Numbered from the stretch's first letter, positions 1-10,230 are shown. The stretch: DNA of 64,000 bases from Magnetococcales bacterium (GCA_015232405.1 JADFZS010000012.1:276-64275); one strand, 5' to 3'. Translations and numbers: made by a program. The notes: a model not told the origin generated them from the letters alone.

Positions 1-554
1 ATTGCATCTACCTCTCCATTTTGCAGGGCTGTTATTACCCCTTTGGGCAGGGTTTTAATGGGGTCTGCTTGGTAGGCTACAACCTTATCAATTTGATAAC
101 CTGAGCTGGTCAAAATCTCCACCAACTCTTCCCGCCCTTTTTTAGCCCTCGGAAATAGAAGCCGCCCTCCTCCCGGTAGCCAGTTTTTTATTGATTCTGC
201 CAACTCTATACCCCCGGATGGCTGGCTAGGGGTTGTTGAATTGTAGCCAGCATTTTGTATTATTTCTGCGGTTTTTTTGCCAACTGAAAAAATTGGCGGA
301 ACTTTCATATCTGGAGTTAGCTTTTCTAACAACGCTCTAGCCCCGTTGGCACTGGTAATGATGATACCGTTATAAACATGTATATCTTTTACCGCAGATA
401 AAAATGGAGTAGGATCTGTCGGTGGTTTGATTTCAAGAGCTGGAGCAAGTAAAAACCGTCCGTTGCATGAATCAATCAAACGGCAAAAAACCTCCCCTTC
501 TGGTAATGGGCGAGTTACCAGAATGAGACGCTTTTTTAGATTTAACTTTGTCAT
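1..554 (-). CDS. hemD: uroporphyrinogen-III synthase (N-terminal part; 3' end runs off the window)
   Basis: Not in the ORF track because it is open at the window edge. Manual minus-strand translation from the ATG at 554-552 gives MTKLNLKKRLILVTRPLPEGE...GIIITSANGARALL...FSVGKKTAEII...GGRLLFPRAKKGREELVEIL...VVAYQ, which is a HemD-like pattern. The start overlaps the hemC stop (ATGA), as in hemCD operons. Confidence 0.7.
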   Translation of the reverse strand, partial: MTKLNLKKRLILVTRPLPEGEVFCRLIDSCNGRFLLAPALEIKPPTDPTPFLSAVKDIHVYNGIIITSANGARALLEKLTPDMKVPPIFSVGKKTAEIIQNAGYNSTTPSQPSGGIELAESIKNWLPGGGRLLFPRAKKGREELVEILTSSGYQIDKVVAYQADPIKTLPKGVITALQNGEVDA

Positions 555-1489
555 GAATTAGCAGCAGCATTTAATTGGGCAAGAATTTCATCTGCCCCCT
601 GTGCCATAAGACTTTTAGCCAGCCCTACCCCCAATGATATAGGATCGTTGGCACTTCCTTCATGGGTTTCTGTGATACAGGTTTTACCGTCAATAGTAGC
701 AACCCGACCTTTTAGAGTTAGCTTGTCACCATCACGTTTTGCAAAGCCGGCTATTGGAACCTGACAACCTCCCTCTAGTGTTGATAAAAATGCCCGTTCA
801 GCAGCAACACACATCTGTGTTGTTTCATGGTTGAGTATATTGATAAGGTCAGCTGTTCTTTGATCATTTTCTCTTAGTTCAATTCCCACTGCTCCCTGTC
901 CATTGGCAGGTATTACTACATCTGGGTCCAAATATTCAACAACATGTTGGGTCAACCCCAACCTTTCAACCCCTGCAGCAGCTAAAAGTATGGCATCAAA
1001 CTCACCTTTTATCAGTTTGTCAATTCTTGTGTTAACGTTGCCACGAAGGGGAATAATTTGTAAATCCGACCGTATAGCCAATAGTTGGCTCTGCCTACGA
1101 AGAGACGAAGAGCCGACCTTTGCACCTTGGGGCAGCCCATTAATACTCTTATAATCGATTGATAACAGCACATCTCTGGGGTCTGCCCGTTCTAATATCG
1201 GCCCCAATTCCAGACCTTCGGGAAATTCTGCCGGAACATCCTTCATGGAGTGAACAGCCAGATCAGCACGACCATCTAACATGGCCTCTTCCAGCTCTTT
1301 TACAAACAGACCTTTACCACCAATTTTGGCAAGAGGTACATCGAGAATTTTATCACCTTTGGTCTTGATTACTACAAGCTCAATTTCCAGATCTTTATGC
1401 TCTGCTTCCAAAAGTGACTTCACCCAGTTGGCTTGCCACAAGGCCAAAGCACTTCCCCTTGTACCAATTCGTAGCTTTTGCAAATTCAT
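551..1489 (-). CDS. hemC: hydroxymethylbilane synthase (porphobilinogen deaminase)
   Basis: 312-aa ORF. The N-terminus LRIGTRGSALALWQANWV, then VHSMKDVP, and the C-terminal GGCQVPIAG (dipyrromethane cofactor Cys) are typical HemC. Confidence 0.95.
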   Translation of the reverse strand: MNLQKLRIGTRGSALALWQANWVKSLLEAEHKDLEIELVVIKTKGDKILDVPLAKIGGKGLFVKELEEAMLDGRADLAVHSMKDVPAEFPEGLELGPILERADPRDVLLSIDYKSINGLPQGAKVGSSSLRRQSQLLAIRSDLQIIPLRGNVNTRIDKLIKGEFDAILLAAAGVERLGLTQHVVEYLDPDVVIPANGQGAVGIELRENDQRTADLINILNHETTQMCVAAERAFLSTLEGGCQVPIAGFAKRDGDKLTLKGRVATIDGKTCITETHEGSANDPISLGVGLAKSLMAQGADEILAQLNAAANS

Positions 1490-1597
1490 TTCTGCTCCTT
1501 TTTATCTGTTTGCCATTTTTTGTTGCCGTTAAAAAGCGTATACTGCATGGTTTTATCAGAAAAAATTAGCAATATAGTACGCTTCAAGGACAATAGT

Positions 1598-2650
1598 ATG
1601 CGAATTTTGGGTATAGAAACAAGCTGTGACGAAACTGCGGCAGCAATAGTACAAAACGTACCTCACAACAAAAACCGAGGATTTATTATCTCTAACATTG
1701 TCCAGAACCAACTTAAAATCCATGCTGAATATGGTGGAGTTGTTCCAGAACTAGCTAGTAGAGCACATATCACCAACATAAGTGTAGTGGTTAATGCCGC
1801 ACTTCAAAAAGCTGATATAACCCCTGCTGAACTAGATGGCATTGCCGTTACAGTCGGACCAGGCTTGATAGGAGGCCTGCTGGTTGGAGTGGCTGTTGCC
1901 AAGGGGATGGCATTGGCAACAAACAAGCCGCTAGTTGGTGTTCATCATATGGAAGGCCACTTGATGAGCCCCTTTTTATTAGATGACCCAGACAAAACTG
2001 TGGATGATGATCAAGTGGATTTTCCATTTGTTGCCCTATTGGTTTCAGGAGGCCACACTCTACTGTTACATGCTCGCGGTTTTAATGATTATGTTCTTTT
2101 GGGTCAAACCAAAGATGATGCTGTAGGAGAAGCATTTGACAAAGGGGCTAGAATGTTGGGGTTGGATTATCCAGGAGGCCCTGCCATTGCAAAACTTGCA
2201 TTGAATGGAGATAATAAGGCACATAAATTCCCCCGGATTTTGCTGGACAAAAATAGGTTTGATTTCTCATTTTCCGGGTTGAAAACATCACTTAGAACCC
2301 ATTTAATAAAAAATCCACCCAATGAAGAGGACCATAAGAGCAGAAGTGATATTGCAGCCTCATACCAAGAGGCTATTGTTGAAACCCTGACGATAAAGGC
2401 TATCAACGCATGTCGTCATACAAAATGTCCACGTTTGTTGGTTGCTGGTGGTGTTGGAGCAAATAGGCGTTTGCGAGAACTTTTGGTTGAAAATGCTGGT
2501 GATGAGGTTAAAGTAACCTTTCCAAACATGAATGTCTGTACAGATAATGGAGCGATGATCGCCCTTGCCGGATTACATCGTTTAGAAAATGGATATCGTG
2601 ATGGTTGGGAGCTAAATGCTCGTGCAAGATGGCCTTTGGCAGAACTTTAA
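1598..2650 (+). CDS. tsaD: tRNA N6-adenosine threonylcarbamoyltransferase
   Basis: MRILGIETSCDETAAAIV, VGVHHMEGH and LLVSGGHT motifs (Kae1/Gcp/TsaD). I chose the ATG at 1598 over the track start at 1478, because the extra 40 aa are low-complexity and overlap the hemC start region. Confidence 0.92.
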   Translation: MRILGIETSCDETAAAIVQNVPHNKNRGFIISNIVQNQLKIHAEYGGVVPELASRAHITNISVVVNAALQKADITPAELDGIAVTVGPGLIGGLLVGVAVAKGMALATNKPLVGVHHMEGHLMSPFLLDDPDKTVDDDQVDFPFVALLVSGGHTLLLHARGFNDYVLLGQTKDDAVGEAFDKGARMLGLDYPGGPAIAKLALNGDNKAHKFPRILLDKNRFDFSFSGLKTSLRTHLIKNPPNEEDHKSRSDIAASYQEAIVETLTIKAINACRHTKCPRLLVAGGVGANRRLRELLVENAGDEVKVTFPNMNVCTDNGAMIALAGLHRLENGYRDGWELNARARWPLAEL

Positions 2651-2687
2651 AATTTAGCCATGAGATTTGAATTAAGAGAGTATCAAA

Positions 2688-3719
2688 ATGCAGACAAATA
2701 ACTTTAAAAAAAATAGTGTAGCAGTAATAGGTGCAGGCTCCTGGGGTACTGCATTGGCTACAGTTTTGGCAACCAAGCTTGATAAAGTTACCATTTGGTG
2801 TAGAGAAGATGAGGTCGCTGTAGGTATCAATCAACAACATATAAACCCTCTTTATGTATCTGAGCTTTCACTGCCCCACAATATTATCGCCAGCAATGAT
2901 TTGATGGAGGTGGTTGCCAGCCATCGTATTTTGGTGATGGTGGTCCCAACACAGTTTACCAGAAAAGTGCTGGAGTCAATCAAAAGTGTTGTTACCAAAG
3001 AGACAGTGTTTGTATCAGCTTCCAAAGGGGTTGAGGTTGAAACATTAACCCTGTTATCTGAGATTTACAGCGATGTTTTTGCCGAGCAAGGTGACCAGCA
3101 GTCATGTTATCTATCAGGTCCATCATTTGCCCGTGATGTGATAAAACAGCTACCAACAGCTGTTGCCATAGCCGGGAAAAACTCTGATCTTGTCGAAGAG
3201 ATTCAACATCTATTTTCAGCACCATATTTTCGTACATACCGCATGGGAGATGTGGTGGGTCTGGAGTTAGGTGGTGCACTTAAAAATGTCATAGCACTTG
3301 CTGCTGGTATAAGTGATGGATTGGGTTTTGGCAATAGTGCAAGAGCAGCCCTAATTACCAGGGGACTTACAGAAATTATGAGGTTAGGAGTCCATTTAGG
3401 AGCTAAACCTGAGACTTTTTCTGGTCTCTCAGGGCTAGGAGATCTTCTACTAACCGCCTCTTCAGAGATGTCAAGAAACCGAACTGTTGGCTTTAGAATT
3501 GGAAAAGGCGAAAGCTTAGAAGAGATTCAAAAAGGGTTCAGAGAGGTGGCAGAGGGGGTAAAAACAACGTTGAGCGTATACAGATTGGCTGAAAAACTTG
3601 GGGTAGATATGCCAATTTCACGGGCAGTTTATGGGATATTGTACGAACAACGCACCCCACACTCTGTGGTTTCAGAGCTGATGGAACGCACCCTCAAAGC
3701 TGAACACGAAGAGTATTAG
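2688..3719 (+). CDS. gpsA: NAD(P)H-dependent glycerol-3-phosphate dehydrogenase
   Basis: 343-aa ORF with an AVIGAGSWGTALA Rossmann motif, GALKNVIA and GLGDLLLT motifs. Confidence 0.93.
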   Translation: MQTNNFKKNSVAVIGAGSWGTALATVLATKLDKVTIWCREDEVAVGINQQHINPLYVSELSLPHNIIASNDLMEVVASHRILVMVVPTQFTRKVLESIKSVVTKETVFVSASKGVEVETLTLLSEIYSDVFAEQGDQQSCYLSGPSFARDVIKQLPTAVAIAGKNSDLVEEIQHLFSAPYFRTYRMGDVVGLELGGALKNVIALAAGISDGLGFGNSARAALITRGLTEIMRLGVHLGAKPETFSGLSGLGDLLLTASSEMSRNRTVGFRIGKGESLEEIQKGFREVAEGVKTTLSVYRLAEKLGVDMPISRAVYGILYEQRTPHSVVSELMERTLKAEHEEY

Positions 3720-3755
3720 ATCTATTTGTTTAATAACAAAATACTGGACTAAAAC

Positions 3756-3797
3756 AAAAAAACCGCTTTAAGGAGCTTTGCCTTAAAACGGTTTTTT
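3756..3797. terminator. bidirectional hairpin between convergent gpsA and csp
   Basis: AAAAAACCGCTTTAAGG-agctttg-CCTTAAAACGGTTTTTT: 11-bp stem with one mismatch, flanked by an A-run and a T-run. Confidence 0.6.
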
Positions 3798-3815
3798 ATA
3801 TAGAACCTTGGAAGA

Positions 3816-4028
3816 TTATACAGCCACAACCTCCTCAGCCTTTGGTCCTTTGTCGCCTTGAGCAACGCTAAACTCTACACGCTGCCCTTCGGCTAAATTG
3901 CGGAATCCCTCCCCAGAAATTGCGCTAAAGTGCACAAACACATCTCCCCTACCTTCGTCACGCTCAATAAACCCAAAACCTTTGCTTTCATTGAACCACT
4001 TGACTGTCCCATTTTCACGATCTGCCAT
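3816..4028 (-). CDS. cold-shock protein, CspA family
   Basis: 70-aa ORF with [15 protein letters not shown] (RNP1) and VFVHFSAI (RNP2) motifs. Confidence 0.93.
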   Translation of the reverse strand: MADRENGTVKWFNESKGFGFIERDEGRGDVFVHFSAISGEGFRNLAEGQRVEFSVAQGDKGPKAEEVVAV

Positions 4029-4778
4029 AGCTGAAAATCCCCTACATTGTGTTTAAACATACCCGGCAAGCAACTTTAGAACCTGTAAAAACAAAAAATA
4101 AAGCTCCTACCCATTAGTCGTTTTGTAACATGGAGGAAATGATACGTAAACAATTTTTTTATATTTTTTTATGTTTTAACAATTTTTATCGCCCAACACA
4201 TTGTTTATTTTGAGTTTATTTTAGACAAAAAAATTACGTGCTAATATAATGTTATGATTATATTTATATATCAAGATATAATTTAACTTGTCTAAAACAG
4301 GAGCAAGAACTCTTGTTACCCTATCAATTTCTCTGTTTTAACCAAAAGAGCTACCTTCTTATCAAGCAAAATTGAACTCAGTAACTGTTTGAAAGCTGGT
4401 GATGAAAACATCTATTGGCAAGATCATTGCTTATATCTTTGCTCAGTTATGTTTTTGAGGGGTCTGATTTACTACTTACATTTATAAAAGATTTTTTTAC
4501 TATAATAGGGACGATATAATGACAATGAATGGGAATTTACATGATGTAGATTTAGGGCAGCAGCAGCATGAAACAAATCAAACTATTTTTCTAGCTACAA
4601 GAATGGATCTAATGGCTCACATAATGCCAAAAAGAGAGAAGCCGAAAAAAGGTTTTGCTCCCTCAAAACATTTTTTGAACCCTTCGGATTTGCAGCAAAA
4701 ACCGACTATTCATTAGATCATTACTAGAAGGTATTCTGGCCTTGGGAGCCTTGATTGAATTTGATATTGATTAAGATC

Positions 4779-5471
4779 CTAAGACCAGAATTTCCAATTA
4801 TTTCTTTTGTTCCGCATCAACGCCCGGTTTTTCTTTAGTAGATCAACAACAACTTCTAAAACCCTATCAGCAACAACTGGTGGCGCGCCATACACCCATG
4901 CCCCCTGACTGACAATCAATGTGTATTTGTCGTATGGGCCTGTCAAAGGTTCGTCAGGTAAGTCTGACGTTTCCTTTTTTCTTGTGTAAATTCTGACAAA
5001 ATCACTTTTTGGATGGAATCCAATGGCAATTTTGTTACCGTAAATCTCAACCTCTATATAACATTTATCTCGCACTCTTTTTTCGATTATACATTGCAGC
5101 ATTTCTGAGATACCGAAAACAGTTCTCTTGATCATCAACTCTTTTCTTATATGCCGACATAGCCTGCGGACATCGCCAAGGGGAAAGTGGCCTCTTCTTG
5201 CGCGGAATCTTCTACAGGTACAGGTCTGCAAGAAAAGGTTTACCTTGTAAATCTTGTCATTCTTGTAGCTTGGCACCTCTATAGGAGCATCAAACTTTTT
5301 ATCGATCTCTGGAAGCATTATTGAGGGACAGTAGCTTTGGGCGCGAAGAATTTTTTTCTTTTTCCATGCAGGAACGAAATAAAAGCGTAATATAAATATT
5401 ACAACAGCAAGAATAAAAACGAGAATCATTGCTAGCCTAAGCCAATCTAACACGATTACCAAACCCCCCAT
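4779..5471 (-). CDS. membrane-anchored SWIM zinc-finger protein (function unknown)
   Basis: 230-aa ORF. It has an N-terminal hydrophobic helix (LRLAMILVFILAVVIFILRFYF) and CTC-x18-CRH, which matches the SWIM CxCxnCxH signature. Confidence 0.55.
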   Translation of the reverse strand: MGGLVIVLDWLRLAMILVFILAVVIFILRFYFVPAWKKKKILRAQSYCPSIMLPEIDKKFDAPIEVPSYKNDKIYKVNLFLQTCTCRRFRARRGHFPLGDVRRLCRHIRKELMIKRTVFGISEMLQCIIEKRVRDKCYIEVEIYGNKIAIGFHPKSDFVRIYTRKKETSDLPDEPLTGPYDKYTLIVSQGAWVYGAPPVVADRVLEVVVDLLKKNRALMRNKRNNWKFWS

Positions 5472-5674
5472 CTACTAAACAAAGCTATTTTTTTTAAGAA
5501 ATTTTTGTACATGCTAACAATAATTTTTATTAATGACTAGGATTCAGCCATGATATTTTATAAAATGCAAATAATATGGTACAAAGAATCTTAAAAACTG
5601 GTTGGCTAATTGTGTTTTAATATTCCCTACTCACATAATTTTCATGTTTAAGAGTTCAATTAGAGGTAAAGTGC

Positions 5675-6433
5675 GTGATCAACAACACAAAGAGACCTTT
5701 GTTCGTTATTATAATACCATTAATCCTTTTGCTTACATTGGTAAATTCCCATGCTGCTAGCCGTGGCGACGACCTGTTGCAAGAGATTGACGGCATCATG
5801 AATGCTTCATCTTACGAAAGTTATTTTCAGATAATAAACCATACACCAAATGGCAGTGAGAATCGAATAACAGCCTACTCTGCAAAACAGCGCGATGGCA
5901 AAGCTGTTGTTTTAATTGTTGCCCCAAAAAAATTACAAGGACGTGCTGTTCTACGTCTTGGGGATGATGTCTGGACCCACATACCAGGGGAGCTACATCT
6001 GCGAAAGAGCACCTTGCGCCACTCCTTTGTTGGTGGAGTGTTTAATAACATTGACTTTCTAACAACCTCATATGCCATTGATCACAAAACAGCTATAATA
6101 TCAGAGAACAAAAAACGTTATGTTCTCAAACTTATCCCAAAATCAGATTCGATCCCCTATAAGTTCATTGAGATGTACGTTCCCAAAAAAGATCTGCGAC
6201 CTACAAAGTTAATCCAGTTTGCGGACCATGAACTAATAATAAAAACCATCTATTTTGACTATTCTAAAAAAGCAGCTGATGGCAAAACCGTATTAATCTC
6301 AATGAATACTGTCGCTGAAGATAATCGTAAATATAGCTCCACAATCAAAACTGGTGACATACGAAAAAGAATATTTCCTGACATGACATTTACTAAGGAT
6401 ATTCTTCCGAAGGTTGGCTCAATTCTAAAATAA
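5675..6433 (+). CDS. LolA-like outer-membrane lipoprotein-sorting family protein
   Basis: 252-aa ORF with a GTG start 8 nt after AGAGG and a signal peptide (LILLLTLVNSHAAS). Its overall pattern parallels the RND-linked paralog at 16570-17361. Confidence 0.6.
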   Translation: MINNTKRPLFVIIIPLILLLTLVNSHAASRGDDLLQEIDGIMNASSYESYFQIINHTPNGSENRITAYSAKQRDGKAVVLIVAPKKLQGRAVLRLGDDVWTHIPGELHLRKSTLRHSFVGGVFNNIDFLTTSYAIDHKTAIISENKKRYVLKLIPKSDSIPYKFIEMYVPKKDLRPTKLIQFADHELIIKTIYFDYSKKAADGKTVLISMNTVAEDNRKYSSTIKTGDIRKRIFPDMTFTKDILPKVGSILK

Positions 6434-6683
6434 ATAAAGCACCTTCAGCTTTAAAAAAATTAACTGACAACAAAAAGAGCTAAAAAAACTGTCTGCTTGG
6501 TTTTTTTACGAAAAAACGGTTTATTTATGCCTGGATTTATGCAAACATGACAGGTTACTATTTATTTGCAATATTGTTGTTCACCTTTTGCCCGCTTTTA
6601 CTGGGCATTTAATTAGCTGGAGTTGGTTATAGTTAGCTTAAGAATGCTGGTTTATTTCCAACTTTGTGTTTAAGGATAAGACC

Positions 6684-6902
6684 TTGAGTAAAGAAGATGT
6701 AATCGAAATGGAAGGTACTGTTTTGGAGAACCTTCCCAATGCAATGTTCCAGGTTGAACTGGAAAACAAACATAAGCTGCTGTGCCATATTTCCGGACGG
6801 ATGCGCAAGCATTACATCCGTATTTTGCCTGGAGACAAAGTTACAGTTCAGCTAACCCCTTATGATCTTACTAAAGGTCGGATATCATATCGACACAAGT
6901 AG
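6684..6902 (+). CDS. infA: translation initiation factor IF-1
   Basis: [27 protein letters not shown]...[24 protein letters not shown]. The TTG at 6684 gives the canonical 72 aa and lies 7 nt after AAGGA. The track's GTG at 6666 adds 6 non-conserved residues. Confidence 0.92.
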   Translation: MSKEDVIEMEGTVLENLPNAMFQVELENKHKLLCHISGRMRKHYIRILPGDKVTVQLTPYDLTKGRISYRHK

Positions 6903-6921
6903 ATTTTATGTTTTTTAGTTT

Positions 6922-8838
6922 ATGACTTACAATGCATCCGACATTGAGGTACTAGAAGGCCTTGAAGGTGTTCGTCGTCGCCCTGGTATGTACATAGGGG
7001 GGACTGACGAAAGAGCCTTACACCATTTAGTCACTGAATTACTAGATAACTCTACAGATGAAGTGGTTGCGGGTCATGCTGACCGGATTACCCTGATATT
7101 AAAACAGGATGGTTCGGTCTCTGTACAGGACAATGGTCGTGGAATACCTGTTGACCCCCTACCCCGCTATCCTGGCAAATCAGCTCTAGAGGTAATTCTT
7201 ACCAAACTACATGCTGGTGGTAAATTCCATAATAAGGCCTATGCTACAGCCGGTGGTCTTAACGGTGTTGGAATATCTGTTGTAAATGCCCTTTCTTCCT
7301 GGACTAAAGTCAGTGTTGATCGTGATGGTTTTAACTGGCAACAACAGTTTGCCAGAGGTAAACCACAAGGGAATCTGGCAAAGCTAGACCCAACCAAAAA
7401 AAAAGGTACTACAGTCACCTTTATGCCCGATGGGGAGATCTTCCCTGAGATCAAATTTCGTCTCGATATTCTACTTAACATGTGTCGGGCCAAAGCCTAC
7501 TTGAATAAAGGGGTTAAAATTGTTCTCAAAGATGAGGCTAGCAATGAATCATACGAATTCAATTATCCCAATGGCCTTGAGGACTTTGTAAATAGTTGGG
7601 TAAAAAACCACGATATTATACTAAAAGAACCATTTGTAGGGCAGGCCGAAAAAATTGGTTTAGATGAGAATATTCGTATTGAATGGGCTATCTCTTGGAC
7701 TTACAACGAAAAAGGCAAACTACTTTCCTACTGCAATACTATTCCAACCGGACAGGGTGGAACCCATGAAACCGGACTTAAAAGCGCACTTTTAAAAGGG
7801 ATTAGAGAGTTTGCAGAGACTCGCAGCCTATTGCCAAAGGGTATTATAATTATTGCCGATGATGTGTTGGATGGTCTTTTTGGTGTTATATCTGTTTTTC
7901 TACCGGAACCCAGCTTTTCAGGGCAAACCAAAGAAAAATTAACCAATACAGGCATTGCTCGCCCCATAGAAGGTGTAATAAAAGATCAATTTGACCACTG
8001 GCTACATGGTCAACCAGAACAGGCAATAAAACTGGTCAGTGCTGTTGTTGAACGCGCCCAAGAGAGACAAAACCGCCGTAAGTCAATCTCCAAAATCAAA
8101 AGAAAATCTGTCACTACCCGTTTAACCCTACCGGGAAAACTAACGGACTGTATAACCTCGGACCCTGAACGCTCTGAACTTTTTATCGTTGAGGGAGATT
8201 CCGCAGGTGGTTCAGCAAAACAGGCCCGTGACCGCCATACCCAAGCAGTGTTACCACTGCGAGGTAAGATACTTAATGTTGAACAGGCCAACCTTAATAA
8301 ATTTGAGAAAAACGCAGAGATTCAAAATTTGGTAACAGCCATTGGAGCCGGATTTGGTAAGCAGTTTGATATAAACCAGATCCGCTATGGCAGTATTATT
8401 ATCATGACCGATGCTGATGTTGATGGCGCCCACATTGCCAGCCTACTCTTGACATTTTTCTACCGTTTTATGCCAGACTTAATTCGTAACGGACACCTCT
8501 ACCTGGCCCAACCTCCATTATTTAGAGTAAACTCCGGTTCAGACAGCTTATATGCTTTGGATGAGATAGAAAAAGAGAAGATAATTGCCAAAATTCGCAA
8601 AAAACGACCCAATGCAAAGTTTGATATTTCTCGCTTCAAAGGTTTGGGGGAGATGGTTCCCATGCAGTTGCGAGAGACAACCATGAGCACAAAAACCCGC
8701 AGGCTTCTTAAAGTATATTTAGATGATGAGATGGTTACCCATGATACTTTTGATCGTCTGATGGGCAAACGACCAATAGAACGGTATAAATTTATTCAAG
8801 AAAAAGCATCTTTTGCCAAAGATAACCTGGATATATAA
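6922..8838 (+). CDS. parE: DNA topoisomerase IV subunit B
   Basis: 638 aa. The N-terminus is YNASDIEVLEGLEGVRRRPGMYIGG, with a GHKL ATPase, a Toprim EGDSAGG motif and PLRGKILNV. The length fits ParE rather than the ~800-aa proteobacterial GyrB. Confidence 0.88.
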   Translation: MTYNASDIEVLEGLEGVRRRPGMYIGGTDERALHHLVTELLDNSTDEVVAGHADRITLILKQDGSVSVQDNGRGIPVDPLPRYPGKSALEVILTKLHAGGKFHNKAYATAGGLNGVGISVVNALSSWTKVSVDRDGFNWQQQFARGKPQGNLAKLDPTKKKGTTVTFMPDGEIFPEIKFRLDILLNMCRAKAYLNKGVKIVLKDEASNESYEFNYPNGLEDFVNSWVKNHDIILKEPFVGQAEKIGLDENIRIEWAISWTYNEKGKLLSYCNTIPTGQGGTHETGLKSALLKGIREFAETRSLLPKGIIIIADDVLDGLFGVISVFLPEPSFSGQTKEKLTNTGIARPIEGVIKDQFDHWLHGQPEQAIKLVSAVVERAQERQNRRKSISKIKRKSVTTRLTLPGKLTDCITSDPERSELFIVEGDSAGGSAKQARDRHTQAVLPLRGKILNVEQANLNKFEKNAEIQNLVTAIGAGFGKQFDINQIRYGSIIIMTDADVDGAHIASLLLTFFYRFMPDLIRNGHLYLAQPPLFRVNSGSDSLYALDEIEKEKIIAKIRKKRPNAKFDISRFKGLGEMVPMQLRETTMSTKTRRLLKVYLDDEMVTHDTFDRLMGKRPIERYKFIQEKASFAKDNLDI

Positions 8839-8908
8839 AAATTAAGATCCAAGCATAAGCCATTTATTATTGCTTTGATCTTTTGTACTCAATGGACTTT
8901 TTACCTCC

Positions 8909-10213
8909 TTGAATAAAAAACCTACCACTCCCCTTTTAAAAAATATCGCCGCTTGCTTTGACTGGCTTGATGAGGATGACCTCATCCCAAAAGAACCTTT
9001 AATAGAGGCTCCTCCCTCCCCTGTATTTACCCTTGATGGTAGAAAGATAGTATCATTTTCATCCAACAACTATTTGGGGATGAGCCGTCGTCCTGAAGTT
9101 ATCAATGCAGCTAGAAATGCCCTATCCAAGTTTACCATGGGAACATGTGAATCGCGAAAACTTGGGGGGAACATAGCCCTTCTAGAAGCTTTGGAAGCTA
9201 GAATTGCCAGCTTTAAAGGAGAAGAGGCAGCTATGATTTTTGCCACAGGTCTGTTAGCCAATGTGGCAACAATTCCTGGTTTAATTGATGCTGAATGGTA
9301 TTGTAACAAATTTTATGGCAAAGATTGGTCTAAAGAACCCGGTACAATTTTTTCTGACTCTCTCAACCATAGAAGCATTCAGATGGGAATTAAACTATCC
9401 CATGCCAATGTGGTTAAATACCACCACGCAGATATGGACCACCTAGAACAGGAACTTGCAAGCTGCAAAAGCAACAACAAATTAATTGTTTCAGATGGTG
9501 TCTTTAGTATGGATGGAGATTTAGCCCCCCTCCCTGAACTAACCACTTTAGCCAATCGTTATCAGGCAACAGTCATGATAGATGATGCCCATGGTACAGG
9601 AGTATTTGGTGAAAATGGTCGTGGTGTGGCAGAACATTTTGGTGTGGAAAAAGATATTTCTATACATATGGGAACATTGAGTAAAGCAGTTGGAGCTATG
9701 GGCGGGTTTGTTGCAACTGACCGTAAAGTTATTGATTTTTTAAAATCCACAGCTTCAGGATACCGCTTTACATCCAGCCTGCCAGCAGAACAGGCAGCAG
9801 GGATAATCTGTGCTATTGATATAATGGAGAATGAACCCCAGCTAAGAGACAAATTATGGCAGAATGTTACTTTCTTATTAAATGGACTAAATGATCTTGA
9901 TATCCCATTTAACTATCAATGGTCTCCAATTATTCCTCTTCATCTAGGAAGTGCCCATAAGGCATATAGAGCAGAGAAGTTATTACTTGATAGAGCCATA
10001 TCATGTATCGCTGTGGTTCCTCCACTTGTTGCAAACAACTGTTCACGTTTAAGAATTACCGTTAATTCTACACATACACAGGAGCAAATAGAGCAACTTT
10101 TGGCAGGATTAATAGTTGCAGAGAGAGAGATAGGGTTTAGTCAACCAGGCAATAGCCAGCAAACCTGGGAGGAGTTTTCAAAAAGATCTCCTAGCTATAT
10201 TACCAAAACCTGA
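8909..10213 (+). CDS. alpha-oxoamine synthase family PLP enzyme (BioF/Kbl/serine palmitoyltransferase-like)
   Basis: 434 aa with SNNYLGM, DDAHGTGVFG and GTLSKAVG (PLP lysine) motifs. The start is uncertain: the TTG at 8909 has no clear SD. Confidence 0.8.
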   Translation: MNKKPTTPLLKNIAACFDWLDEDDLIPKEPLIEAPPSPVFTLDGRKIVSFSSNNYLGMSRRPEVINAARNALSKFTMGTCESRKLGGNIALLEALEARIASFKGEEAAMIFATGLLANVATIPGLIDAEWYCNKFYGKDWSKEPGTIFSDSLNHRSIQMGIKLSHANVVKYHHADMDHLEQELASCKSNNKLIVSDGVFSMDGDLAPLPELTTLANRYQATVMIDDAHGTGVFGENGRGVAEHFGVEKDISIHMGTLSKAVGAMGGFVATDRKVIDFLKSTASGYRFTSSLPAEQAAGIICAIDIMENEPQLRDKLWQNVTFLLNGLNDLDIPFNYQWSPIIPLHLGSAHKAYRAEKLLLDRAISCIAVVPPLVANNCSRLRITVNSTHTQEQIEQLLAGLIVAEREIGFSQPGNSQQTWEEFSKRSPSYITKT

Positions 10214-10230
10214 TATATCAGATAATATCA

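Noticed and set aside
903-1532. Three plus-strand ORFs (903-1154, 1159-1368, 1281-1532) inside hemC.
   Set aside because: They are antisense shadow ORFs of a clearly recognisable hemC. Their products are Ser/Leu/Pro-rich with no motifs.
1478-1597. A 40-aa N-terminal extension of tsaD in the ORF track.
   Set aside because: The extension (MQIHFCSFLSVCHFLL...) is non-conserved-looking and overlaps the hemC start. The canonical TsaD N-terminus MRILGIETSCDET begins at 1598.
4519-4716. A 65-aa plus-strand ORF in the csp upstream region.
   Set aside because: It has no recognisable family and only a weak RBS (AGGGA at ~9 nt), and it lies in very AT-rich DNA where random ORFs are common. I kept it only as a remote possibility.
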